Below, one piece after another: positions 63,970 to 64,000 of a DNA stretch of 64,000 bases (its first letter is position 1; each line of letters starts with the position of its first letter). Origin of the DNA: an uncultured Chitinophagaceae bacterium (GTDB lineage: Bacteria; Bacteroidota; Bacteroidia; Chitinophagales; Chitinophagaceae); NCBI GenBank assembly GCA_963759555.1, contig CAVWZV010000005.1, positions 71,422-135,421 on the forward strand, read 5' to 3'. The translations under genes and the position numbers were made by a program. A model generated the notes under the pieces. That model had not been told where the DNA came from. It ran no database searches and worked only from the letters and a program-made list of their open reading frames with translations.

Positions 63970-64000
63970 AATTTCAAAATAACAGCAAAACGAACACATC

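Overview
AT-rich Bacteroidota chromosomal window; gene content, TAnnTTTG promoters and T9SS genes suggest Chitinophagaceae. It is mostly housekeeping and catabolic genes: GT2, DUF2723, cysH, shikimate pathway (DAHP synthase/chorismate mutase, aroB, aroA, aroC), hexuronate catabolism (eda, kdgK, uxuB, uxuA, uxaC), GH127, glgB, ClC, upp, anmK, arginine deiminase-ctlX, pfkA, pyk, GH20, nagB and ruvC. About 11 genes carry frameshifts, probably long-read indel errors. I found no rRNA, tRNA, CRISPR array, transposase or integrase. The three most notable signals lie outside the annotated ORFs. (1) Three tandem ~300-bp units at 41.9-42.7 kb each look like a self-contained ~120-nt small RNA gene with promoter-like element, conserved hairpin and terminator. 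(2) A Cys-rich leader peptide (MYNPSLFCCCMCKG...) with full 1:2/2:3/3:4 attenuator pairing lies upstream of cysH. (3) A diverged second copy of the epimerase 3' end brackets an MBL-hydrolase gene, suggesting an insertion or replacement scar. All product calls come from motif recognition only; no database search was run.
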